A DNA stretch of 19,566 bases, taken from NCBI GenBank assembly GCA_014728035.1, contig WJMJ01000027.1, positions 1-19,566 of the forward strand, in the 5' to 3' direction. The first letter of the stretch is position 1; each line of letters starts with the position of its first letter. Shown piece after piece: positions 1 to 7,323 of the stretch. This DNA comes from Promethearchaeota archaeon (lineage in GTDB: Archaea; Asgardarchaeota; Thorarchaeia; Thorarchaeales; Thorarchaeaceae). A program made the translations under genes and the position numbers. The notes under the pieces are model-generated. The model did not search any database, was not told the origin of the DNA, and saw only the letters and a program-made list of their open reading frames with translations.

Positions 1-17
1 GGAAAGTAAATTATTAG

Positions 18-399
18 ATGATCGTAACTAGGGAATCTAAGGTAATCCTAGATGATCAAGAATATCTCCTAGAAGTAGGAGATAGAATCTTCCTCGAACA
101 GGATGAAATTCCTGAGTTTGATGAAGATGAAGAGGATATATGGCCTGAGGGTGAGGAAGCAATTAACAAATATGAGCTTGAAGATATCATATACGGTCTT
201 GAGAACTGGTCAGAATTGCGTCCAAATGATAGCAGAATACGCGCAATGAAGTATGCTGTGTGGATGGATGAAGTATGCTGTGTGGATGGATGATGATCCT
301 GCTTTAAAAGAGATGCTTGACATATGGACTTCTGGACATGGTGTTCTTTCTAAGACATATAGGATTAAAGCAATTCAGAGATTACTTGAACATATCTAG
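18..399 (+). pseudogene. Acidic hypothetical protein, frameshifted by a 22-bp tandem duplication (as sequenced it stops at 293); paralogue of 11436..11765
   Basis: Removing one copy of ATGAAGTATGCTGTGTGGATGG restores ...MKYAVWMDDDPALKEMLDIWTSGHGVLSKTYRIKAIQRLLEHI* ending at TAG 397-399. Both the N-terminus (VILDDQEYLLEVGD) and the restored tail resemble ORF 11436. Confidence 0.7.
246..293 (+). repeat. Perfect 22-bp tandem duplication (246-267, 268-289, plus ATGA)
   Basis: ATGAAGTATGCTGTGTGGATGG occurs twice head-to-tail. Confidence 0.95.
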
Positions 400-495
400 T
401 CATTATATTGTCATACTTGGTCAATATACTACCAGCATTAGATCACTAAATTTTGAGAGTTATGATGGCGTATTAAATGAAAACAATCTATATAC

Positions 496-2256
496 ATGAT
501 TGACTGGCCAGAGACAAAGAATCAATTCGGGTATGATACATCAATTCTTGGTGTCAAAAGTAGATTTCGGGTAGTTGTCATTTGTGATATTTGTGGTAAG
601 ATAAGTACGTCTACTATTAGAAAAAAGTCTGTTCTAGATCACAATGATCAGATTAAGTATATATGTATAAAATGCCTGTATCAAGATCCAGAATATAAAG
701 CAGAACGATCAAAACAGAGCCAAAATCTCTGGCAAAATGAGGAATTCCGTTCTAAAATAATGGAAGCCAAAAGATCCGATGAATACAGAAATAAGATGCG
801 TGAATCGTCTGTTAAATTGTGGCAGGATGATGAATTCAAAACCACAGTCATAGAATCTAATAAGGCATCGCACAATACTGCAGAGTCCAGAGAACGTCAT
901 TCTAGTATTGCCAAAGATTTATGGGAAGATAAGGATTATGCGGAAAGAATCAAATCCACATGGAATGATGATAAAAAGAATGAGATGAGTCAGAATAAAC
1001 AAGAATTTTTTGCTCATAACATAGAAGATAGGTTTCGCAGATTTATAGAACAAGCAATTATGGTGCATGGTGATAAATATGATTATTCTGAAGTAAATTA
1101 TGTCAATGCTGATACCAAGGTTATCATCATATGTCCAAAACATGGTGAATTCGAACAGGAGCCAGGCAATCATTTACAAGGACAAGGGTGTAAACTCTGT
1201 GGTATAGAAAAGTCGCAACATGCACATCGATTATCTACGCCAGATTTTGTTGATAGAGCTATTTCAGTACATGGCGACCGCTATGATTATGAAAATAGTG
1301 ATTATTATGGCACAAAAACCAAAGTTAAAATCATGTGCCCACGGCATGGTGAATTTGAGCAAATACCGAATTGTCATTTATCAGGCAATGGGTGCCCCAA
1401 ATGTGCAGGCACTCATTTGCAGAATAATATTAACACATTTGTGCAGTCACTTGGCTTTGAGACTCAATTTAACGACAGAACAGCAATATATCCATATGAA
1501 TTAGACATATATGTTCCACAAAAGAAATTTGGCATAGAAGTTCACGGCATATTCTGGCATTCTTATGATCATATTGAAACCAAGGAAGAAAAAGAGTGTC
1601 ATTCATTCAAGGCTGATTTGTGTTCCGACAGGAACATAAGATCTGTCCAGATATTTGAACATGAATGGATAGAAAAACAGGATGTAGTAAAGTCTATTAT
1701 TAGAGCCAAACTAGGCAAGTCAGATAGGATATATGCTAGAAAATGTGATATAGTAAATATAGACTCATCTAGATATAGAGAATTTGTTGGCGGCAATCAC
1801 CTTCAGGGTTCAAGACCAGCATCAGTTAGACTTGGTTTGGAATATGATGGAGAGCTTGTGTCAATGTTGTCTATTAGCAAGCACGACAAGTATCAATGGG
1901 AAATAATGAGATTTGCTAATAAACTTGGTTTGTCTGTTCTTGGTGGTGCTAGTAAGTTATTCAAGCATTTTGTTAACAACTGGAATCCAACCAATGTTTT
2001 AACCTATGCAGATAGAAGATACTCGGATGGTGATTTATACAAGAAACTTGGATTTAGATTGGATTCTATTACTAATCCTAATTACTATTATGTAATGCGT
2101 AATGTAGTTTATTCCAGACAACAATTCCAGAAACATAAGCTCAAAGATAAATTGAAGATTTTTGACCCAGATAAGTCAGAAGCTGAGAACATGTTTAACA
2201 ATGGTTATCGTAGACTATGGGATGCAGGTCACTATAAATTCATCTGGAGTAAATAA
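496..2256 (+). CDS. Hef-like free-standing endonuclease: Zn ribbon, W-x-D-x-E repeats, two DUF723/CapR-like Zn repeats, Vsr/PD-(D/E)XK-like nuclease and GNAT-like C-terminal domain
   Basis: 586 aa. Two copies of HG(D)xYDY...KVxIxCPxHGEFEQxPxxHLxGxGCxxC (~1042-1410); nuclease motif ELDIYVP..FGIEVHGIFWHS; C-terminal IYARKC..NHLQG..WEIMRF..GGASKLF..TYADRRYSDGDLYKKLGF typical of T4-like Hef proteins. Confidence 0.8.
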   Translation: MIDWPETKNQFGYDTSILGVKSRFRVVVICDICGKISTSTIRKKSVLDHNDQIKYICIKCLYQDPEYKAERSKQSQNLWQNEEFRSKIMEAKRSDEYRNKMRESSVKLWQDDEFKTTVIESNKASHNTAESRERHSSIAKDLWEDKDYAERIKSTWNDDKKNEMSQNKQEFFAHNIEDRFRRFIEQAIMVHGDKYDYSEVNYVNADTKVIIICPKHGEFEQEPGNHLQGQGCKLCGIEKSQHAHRLSTPDFVDRAISVHGDRYDYENSDYYGTKTKVKIMCPRHGEFEQIPNCHLSGNGCPKCAGTHLQNNINTFVQSLGFETQFNDRTAIYPYELDIYVPQKKFGIEVHGIFWHSYDHIETKEEKECHSFKADLCSDRNIRSVQIFEHEWIEKQDVVKSIIRAKLGKSDRIYARKCDIVNIDSSRYREFVGGNHLQGSRPASVRLGLEYDGELVSMLSISKHDKYQWEIMRFANKLGLSVLGGASKLFKHFVNNWNPTNVLTYADRRYSDGDLYKKLGFRLDSITNPNYYYVMRNVVYSRQQFQKHKLKDKLKIFDPDKSEAENMFNNGYRRLWDAGHYKFIWSK

Positions 2257-2981
2257 TGGCTATAATTGGACCCGCTGATCTTCCTCAGGTGCTTAAGGTA
2301 GATTCCAATCCTCTGAAGAAGAGAGTTTTACAAGCACTTGGGCATCCCAATATCAGAGTAGAACTTACCGAGGATCAGTTAGAAGAGCTTCTTAGGGTCA
2401 CTGGTGATTTCATCGCACAATATTTCCCAAAAGAAGAAAGATACGCCTTCTTTTATACTCAGCCACTCCAGGCAGAATATGATTTCCCGGAAGATGCCTA
2501 TTGGATTCGTGAGGTAGCATGGGATGCTGTAATAACTAGGATTCAAGATATATTCGGCGCAGAAATGTTCTTATTCTGCGCTCATCCTAATAGTTTTCTT
2601 GCTCGCTCTGATGGTGATTTGATTCCATTAGATAAATGGGAAAAAGACTTTAGAATTAATACTCCATATGGTGATGACCAAGTTGAATTTATTCAACATG
2701 ATAAGAAACAGCCATTAGTAGAGATCCGACATGAAAAGGGATCTTATATTGGTACTCCAAATCACCCTATCAAAATCAATTCATTTGATTTTGAAAATAG
2801 CTTTTCAGATTGGAAGATGGCCAAAGACATTGATTCAAATGATAAACTACTCACCCCAACTGGATTTTCTAAATTTGTAGCCACAAGAGTCTGTGAACCT
2901 AATGAGACTGTAACCATAGTTCCAAAGGAATCTCATTGTTGTTTTGTGTCTCATGATGGCGACCCAATCCTAGTACATTAA
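2256..2981 (+). CDS. N-terminal part of a T4 gp13-like neck/head-completion protein fused to a C-terminal Hint (intein-like) domain
   Basis: LKKRVLQALGHPNIRVELTEDQLEE matches the gp13-type N-terminal motif (L..LG.P.I.VE....Q.E). GGAG SD and TAATG overlap with the upstream gene. Intein motifs begin at Cys108. Confidence 0.75.
   Translation: MAIIGPADLPQVLKVDSNPLKKRVLQALGHPNIRVELTEDQLEELLRVTGDFIAQYFPKEERYAFFYTQPLQAEYDFPEDAYWIREVAWDAVITRIQDIFGAEMFLFCAHPNSFLARSDGDLIPLDKWEKDFRINTPYGDDQVEFIQHDKKQPLVEIRHEKGSYIGTPNHPIKINSFDFENSFSDWKMAKDIDSNDKLLTPTGFSKFVATRVCEPNETVTIVPKESHCCFVSHDGDPILVH
2577..2978 (+). mobile_element. 134-aa mini-intein/Hint domain lacking its terminal Asn
   Basis: Block A CAHPNSFLARSDG; block B IGTPNHPI (TxxH); WKMAKDIDSNDKL (W..A.dL..GD-like); block F-like TVTIVPKESHCCFV; block G ILVH followed directly by TAA. 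Confidence 0.8.
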
Positions 2982-2984
2982 CCT

Positions 2985-3006
2985 TCCTAGTATATATACT
3001 AGGAGG
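2985..3006 (+). promoter_or_regulatory. Perfect 20-bp palindrome/hairpin overlapping the AGGAGG Shine-Dalgarno of the downstream endonuclease gene
   Basis: TCCTAGTATATATACTAGGA (2985-3004) is its own reverse complement. AGGAGG at 3001-3006, TTG start at 3012. Confidence 0.75.
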
Positions 3007-3011
3007 CCATC

Positions 3012-4898
3012 TTGCCTGTCGATACTAAAGACATCGTTAATTATTACAATGATGGACATGCGATTAAGGAATGTGCAATTCGTTTTGGTTTGCACCCTGA
3101 GACTATTAGAGTCAGACTGCGCAAAGCTGGTATTAAGGACGCACGCCACAGAACTAATCCGTTACCGCCAGAATTAATAGAATATTATAAATCTGGTCAT
3201 TCTATTTCGAAATGTAGCAGAAAATTTGGTGTATCACCCAGTAAAATATCCAAAGAATTGAAAAGTTTGGGTGTCAAAAGATCAAAACCCCAGAATCTTG
3301 AAATATCAAGTAATAGAACCAGAGAATTGTGGAAATCTGACGAATACAGAAGCAAAGTCATAAAGAATAATACTTGGAATAATGAACGAAGAAAAAGAGC
3401 TTCTGATAAAATTAAAGAGAAATGGAAGGATAAAGAGTATAAAGCCGCAATATCGCAATCTATGATTGATAAATGGTCTGATGATGAATTTAAATCACAA
3501 ATGTTATCCAAATTCAGAAATTCTGAATATGTAGATAGAATGAGACACATTTCAATTGAAAAGTGGAAAGACGACGAATATCGCAGTAGAATGATTAATA
3601 TATTTTTAGAGTGTCGATCAGATCCGGAATATAGACAGAAGATGGCAGATACATGGAAGAATCCGGATTTGCGTAAATTATTAAGCGAAAAAGCGATCCG
3701 TAAATGGCAAGATCCAGAGTTCAAACAGCTCATGTCTGAAATTATGACTGTTGTATGGCAAGATCAGAATCGTAGACAGAGAATGGGTCAAATTATTTCT
3801 GAATTATGGAATGATGATGGATATAGAAACAAATTGATCACTATTCTAAGTGATCGTGCAGTTGAACTGTGGAAAGATCCAGAATATAGGCAGAAAATGA
3901 CAAAGATCATCAGAGATAGATGGCAAGATGATGAATTTAGAAAAAAGATGATTGGCATTATAAACCAAAACGCCAAGGTATCGAATATACAGAAGATATT
4001 GTATTCCATACTTGATGATCTGAACATCAAATATTATAGAGAATATGAAAGTGATGATGATAAGTGTAGTGATCCCGAATGCCAAATTGGGCCACATTTG
4101 TTTGATTGTATGATACCCAGAAATGATAAACCCGATTTGCTTATTGAATGTCAAGGTGACTACTGGCATAATCTTGATCATAAGATAACCAATGATAAGT
4201 CGAAGTCCACATATATTGAGAGATATTATAGTGATACATATGAAATAAAGTATTTGTGGGAACATGAATTTTTAAATCACAACAAGATTGTTGAGGTAAT
4301 AAAATATTGGCTTGGTATTCATACCACAGATATGATTGACTTTAAATTGGGAGATGTAGAAATTAGAGAATGCCCAGCCAAAGATTATAAAATCTTATTG
4401 TCCAAATATCATTATTTGCCCAATGCTGGCAGGGGTGGCATATCATATGGTGCTTATGTTGACGATATTTTGATTGCCACATGTATATTTTCGCCGTTAG
4501 TACGTCAGAACATCACAATTAAAGATTTTAGTCGAGATCAGATTAGAGAATTATCAAGATTGTGTATTCATCCACAGTATCAGAAGAAAAATTTTGCCAC
4601 ATGGTTTATTTCAAGATGCATCAAGAGGCTTGATAGGAAATTCAAATGTGTGATATCATATTGTGACACCACATTCAATCATGATGGTGCTGTATATAAG
4701 GCGGCTAACTTCATTCATGACAAGGATGTTGCGCCAGATTATTGGTATGCGCATGAGAGTGGATGGATTATGCACAAAAGAACTTTATATAGACATGCGA
4801 AAAGCTTAAAATTGACAGAGGCTGAATTTGCCGATAAACATGGATATCGAAAAGTTTATGGCAAAAAGAAGCTGCGGTTTGTGTATGAAAGACAATAA
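3012..4898 (+). CDS. Multidomain putative endonuclease: two HTH motifs, W-x-D-x-E-[YF]-[RK] repeat array, Vsr-like nuclease and Mom-like GNAT domain
   Basis: 628 aa, strong SD. Two YYxxGHxIxxC..FG....I...L HTH-like units; nuclease motif FDCMIP..LLIECQGDYWH; C-terminal KYHYL..ELSRLCIHPQYQKKNFATWFISRCI..VISYCDTTFNHDGAVYKAANF resembles the Mu Mom/GNAT family. Confidence 0.75.
   Translation: MPVDTKDIVNYYNDGHAIKECAIRFGLHPETIRVRLRKAGIKDARHRTNPLPPELIEYYKSGHSISKCSRKFGVSPSKISKELKSLGVKRSKPQNLEISSNRTRELWKSDEYRSKVIKNNTWNNERRKRASDKIKEKWKDKEYKAAISQSMIDKWSDDEFKSQMLSKFRNSEYVDRMRHISIEKWKDDEYRSRMINIFLECRSDPEYRQKMADTWKNPDLRKLLSEKAIRKWQDPEFKQLMSEIMTVVWQDQNRRQRMGQIISELWNDDGYRNKLITILSDRAVELWKDPEYRQKMTKIIRDRWQDDEFRKKMIGIINQNAKVSNIQKILYSILDDLNIKYYREYESDDDKCSDPECQIGPHLFDCMIPRNDKPDLLIECQGDYWHNLDHKITNDKSKSTYIERYYSDTYEIKYLWEHEFLNHNKIVEVIKYWLGIHTTDMIDFKLGDVEIRECPAKDYKILLSKYHYLPNAGRGGISYGAYVDDILIATCIFSPLVRQNITIKDFSRDQIRELSRLCIHPQYQKKNFATWFISRCIKRLDRKFKCVISYCDTTFNHDGAVYKAANFIHDKDVAPDYWYAHESGWIMHKRTLYRHAKSLKLTEAEFADKHGYRKVYGKKKLRFVYERQ
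3327..3950 (+). repeat. About 13 degenerate helical peptide repeats (consensus near xWxDxEYRxKM)
   Basis: LWKSDEYRSKV, KWKDKEYKAAI, KWSDDEFKSQM, KWKDDEYRSRM, RSDPEYRQKM, KWQDPEFKQLM, LWNDDGYRNKL, LWKDPEYRQKM, RWQDDEFRKKM and others, mostly about 17 aa apart. Confidence 0.85.
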
Positions 4899-4899
4899 T

Positions 4900-5093
4900 A
4901 TGTATTGCGAATCTTGTTCAGGTAATCCATATCATAGACATGTCAAAAAGCACATATTCAATTATGTGGATTTTGGCTGTGCAAATGCTGCCACGAACAG
5001 GCATTAAAGAAGATGTTTATTGTTGCTATTCTACAGAGTTTGTCTGGAAATTATATAAGACATTGTTATGATGCTATTTGGAGAGATAGATGA
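4900..5093 (+). pseudogene. Small Cys-rich protein split across a -1 frameshift at G-GAT-TTT (4968-4974)
   Basis: Frame 0 gives MYCESC...NYVDF and ends at TAA 5005-5007. The -1 frame continues WLCKCCHEQALKK...IWRDR to TGA 5091-5093, which overlaps the next ATG (ATGA). Confidence 0.5.
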
Positions 5094-5275
5094 ATACGTA
5101 TCTCATTAGAAGCCACACCAACTATGGTGAAGTGGTTCATATTATCAATGCGGAGAATGAGGCAGAGGTGCGAGAATTTGCGAGTAAATGTAACACAGTG
5201 TGGGATGGATATGATATCGAAGAAGTGGATACAAAAACCAGGGGTATTGTGGCTATTGGCGGTGGTGATTCATGA
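5090..5275 (+). CDS. Small phage hypothetical protein
   Basis: 61 aa, GGAG SD, fits the gene tiling. Confidence 0.75.
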   Translation: MNTYLIRSHTNYGEVVHIINAENEAEVREFASKCNTVWDGYDIEEVDTKTRGIVAIGGGDS

Positions 5276-5290
5276 TTAAAAGGAGATTGA

Positions 5291-5656
5291 ATGGCTAGAC
5301 TCTATTTAATTGAGAGTGATATATATCCACATGATGTGGAGGATTGCCTTCAATGCTGCACAGACTCTTTAGATATTGCTGCGCTTGATATGCAGTATCA
5401 AATTCGTTGTCCAAATTGCGGTGTTTGTGGAGAATCTTGCAGAACAGTTGAAGAAGCAGTACAAAAATGGAATAAAATGTGCAACGAAAACATGCGACTT
5501 CGCAAGGTGATTGAAGATACTGCCCAGGTGCTTACCGAGGATTTGGCTTGTCGACCTGCTGATGAATGCCCAGATTTGTCTGCCTATGCAGATGGACATT
5601 GTGATCTTGTTGTTCTAGCAAGGAATTGGATACGAATGAGAAGTGGCAAGCAATAA
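5291..5656 (+). CDS. Lar (restriction alleviation)-like zinc-finger protein with C-terminal extension
   Basis: CxxC...YQIRCPNCGVCG...TVEEAVQKWN fits the Lar-family pattern; AGGAG SD. Confidence 0.6.
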   Translation: MARLYLIESDIYPHDVEDCLQCCTDSLDIAALDMQYQIRCPNCGVCGESCRTVEEAVQKWNKMCNENMRLRKVIEDTAQVLTEDLACRPADECPDLSAYADGHCDLVVLARNWIRMRSGKQ

Positions 5657-5667
5657 GGGTGTGATTC

Positions 5668-6039
5668 ATGATTAAAGAAACCAAGTTTGGGTTCTGTGCT
5701 GACTGTGGTCATTTCCATTTCAAATTGTCTCTGTGCTTTGTGGATACTGGTCCTGGAGAATCAGAAATCAAATATTTTTGTTCTAAATGTAAAGACAAAC
5801 CACATGGGTGGGAAGCTAGGATGGGCATTGTTCATAAACATAGTGCTGGAAAAGAAATTGGGGTTTGTGGCACCCCGCATATCACTGGATATGGTCACAA
5901 TGCTTATGGGTCAGTGCTGGCTGTATATGATAATGGCGCTAGATTAGCGATTACCTGCCAACATGGTGGGTCTGGATATTTATGCCTGGAATGTGCAAAA
6001 GCGATTGTTCGTGATGCAACACGAGTATTGGAGCCATAA
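5668..6039 (+). CDS. Cys-rich hypothetical protein
   Basis: 123 aa with CADC, CSKC and CLEC; TAATG overlap with the next gene. Confidence 0.75.
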   Translation: MIKETKFGFCADCGHFHFKLSLCFVDTGPGESEIKYFCSKCKDKPHGWEARMGIVHKHSAGKEIGVCGTPHITGYGHNAYGSVLAVYDNGARLAITCQHGGSGYLCLECAKAIVRDATRVLEP

Positions 6040-6236
6040 TGGGTTTTGATCCTTCGCACCAATCATTACCGAGACCCAGGCCGAAGAATATCTGCGTTAA
6101 CCCAGTTGAAGATCTACTTAAGGCAATTGAGATTGTTCATGGTAAAGCGCATGCAAATATGTGGCGCAGAGTTGTGAATACTTGGTTACAGAAACGCACG
6201 GAAGAAATGAAGAATTGTTTTGGAGATGGAATATGA
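6039..6236 (+). CDS. Hypothetical protein
   Basis: 65 aa, GGAG SD, coupled at both ends. Confidence 0.7.
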   Translation: MGFDPSHQSLPRPRPKNICVNPVEDLLKAIEIVHGKAHANMWRRVVNTWLQKRTEEMKNCFGDGI

Positions 6237-6478
6237 ACGATCATAATGAAAGTTTTAAGAAGACTCCTTACACTGTTGATGCTGGAGAAGATGCCGCATC
6301 ATTGTTGCTAGAATCAATCTACAATAACGGCCATGACTTTGCTATTGGGTTTGCGGCACAAATAGCGAGGACTGCTGTATCCAATAATGTGGGTGAATTT
6401 CAACGCAAATTATATGAGATCGCATATGCAATTACAGAAGCGGTACAATGGGAGGCGGAGCATGGATACGAAGTATGA
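6233..6478 (+). CDS. Hypothetical protein (start revised to ATG 6233)
   Basis: ATGA overlap with the upstream stop, GGAG upstream; MNDHNESF... Confidence 0.7.
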   Translation: MNDHNESFKKTPYTVDAGEDAASLLLESIYNNGHDFAIGFAAQIARTAVSNNVGEFQRKLYEIAYAITEAVQWEAEHGYEV

Positions 6479-6689
6479 GACGACCGTACCCGATTGTTTT
6501 GTGCTCACTAATTGCACTCGTGCGAAGCCATATCGTTTTCGGGCGTCGGTTAATGATTTGCAAATCGGTGATAAAGTGTATGAAGTTCCTGAATCCTACT
6601 GGTGTGAATATTGCGATGGCCAGGGGTGCCGAATGTGTAAAGACACTGGAATCCGTAGGAAAGAGAATAGACGACAAACGAGGGTATGA
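6462..6689 (+). CDS. Hypothetical protein with DnaJ-like CxxCxGxG motif (start revised to ATG 6462)
   Basis: GGAGG SD at 6451-6455; CEYCDGQGCRMCKDTG. Confidence 0.7.
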   Translation: MDTKYETTVPDCFVLTNCTRAKPYRFRASVNDLQIGDKVYEVPESYWCEYCDGQGCRMCKDTGIRRKENRRQTRV

Positions 6690-6884
6690 ATGGATAATTA
6701 TGTGGATTATGTCTGTCCAAATTGCAAAGAGAATGTGTTGACTTGTGAATGCGAATATGGCCAGGCAATTTCGAAGATGGCAACGAGTATTACGGAATCT
6801 GAAGACGAGCGAATTTTATATTGGATAAGGACGGTAATGAAGAACTTGGAAACCGAACGAGAAAGACCATTCGAGGAGATATGA
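6690..6884 (+). CDS. Small zinc-ribbon hypothetical protein
   Basis: CPNC...CEC, directly abuts the previous stop. Confidence 0.65.
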   Translation: MDNYVDYVCPNCKENVLTCECEYGQAISKMATSITESEDERILYWIRTVMKNLETERERPFEEI

Positions 6885-7102
6885 AATCTAAACAGTGCGT
6901 TCTTCGTCTTGGAAATACAATCAAAACTTGTTGGATACCAGAGAAGTTTGCAGTAAAAGGTAAATATCTTAAGATAAAGAATTGTGAAGATGCATGGATA
7001 GATGGTTGGCTTGTTGAATCTGTTGGTGCAGTTGAAGATTATGCTATTGTGTGTTCCCGTGCGAATTCACACAAGAAGATGAAAGACATAACAGATATAT
7101 GA
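6881..7102 (+). CDS. Hypothetical protein (start revised to ATG 6881)
   Basis: GAGGAG SD, ATGA overlap; MKSKQCVLR...WIPEKFAVKGKYLK. Confidence 0.75.
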   Translation: MKSKQCVLRLGNTIKTCWIPEKFAVKGKYLKIKNCEDAWIDGWLVESVGAVEDYAIVCSRANSHKKMKDITDI

Positions 7103-7287
7103 ATATTGATAAAATGGAAATTGAACGAGAAGAACCACTACCACCAAATCCATTTGAGAAGAATGGTGGATGGTATTGGTATGATGAGGCTGGAGATTAT
7201 TATGGACCATATGACACTAAAAGAGAAGCTTCAGTAGAGATGCATGATTATGCAGTTTATTTGGACAGCTTACTAGAGAATATGTGA
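7099..7287 (+). CDS. Hypothetical protein (start revised to ATG 7099)
   Basis: ATGA overlap; GWYWYDE...YGPYDTKREA motif common in small phage proteins. Confidence 0.75.
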   Translation: MNIDKMEIEREEPLPPNPFEKNGGWYWYDEAGDYYGPYDTKREASVEMHDYAVYLDSLLENM

Positions 7288-7323
7288 GTTTTGGTATGCG
7301 TCATATAAAAGGAAAGACAAAGA

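Noticed and set aside
400-495. Sigma70 promoter upstream of the first endonuclease (TTGTCA 408-413, TATACT 425-430)
   Set aside because: Spacing is 11 nt, far from the required 16-18.
317-499. 60-aa TTG ORF from the track
   Set aside because: Overlaps the restored 3' end of the first gene in another frame and has no SD.
2976-2990. Single extra T hiding a canonical His-Asn end (CAT-T-AAC)
   Set aside because: Removing the T gives H-N-L-P-S..., with Leu at +1 instead of Cys/Ser/Thr and no neck-like sequence after it.
2976-3011. Gene-60-style ribosomal bypass or readthrough fusing the neck-intein to the endonuclease (both ORFs are in the same frame; CAT recurs at 3008-3010)
   Set aside because: Three in-frame stops lie in the gap. 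The second CAT is out of frame and leads to TAA after five codons. Sharing a frame has a one-in-three chance.
3327-3950. CRISPR-like or DNA-level tandem array
   Set aside because: The repeats are conserved only as peptide motifs within an ORF; no constant nucleotide repeat with spacers is present.
2979-5090. Group I intron starting at U/UAA and containing the endonuclease
   Set aside because: Only ~30 nt precede the ORF and a new ORF starts immediately after it. I could not see P/Q/R/S core elements or a downstream exon. A covariance-model search would settle it.
5090-5275. ORF beginning Met-Asn-Thr as the missing Asn plus C-extein of the intein
   Set aside because: Only 61 aa, resembles ordinary small phage proteins and shows no neck-protein features. 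Several other ORFs also begin MN.
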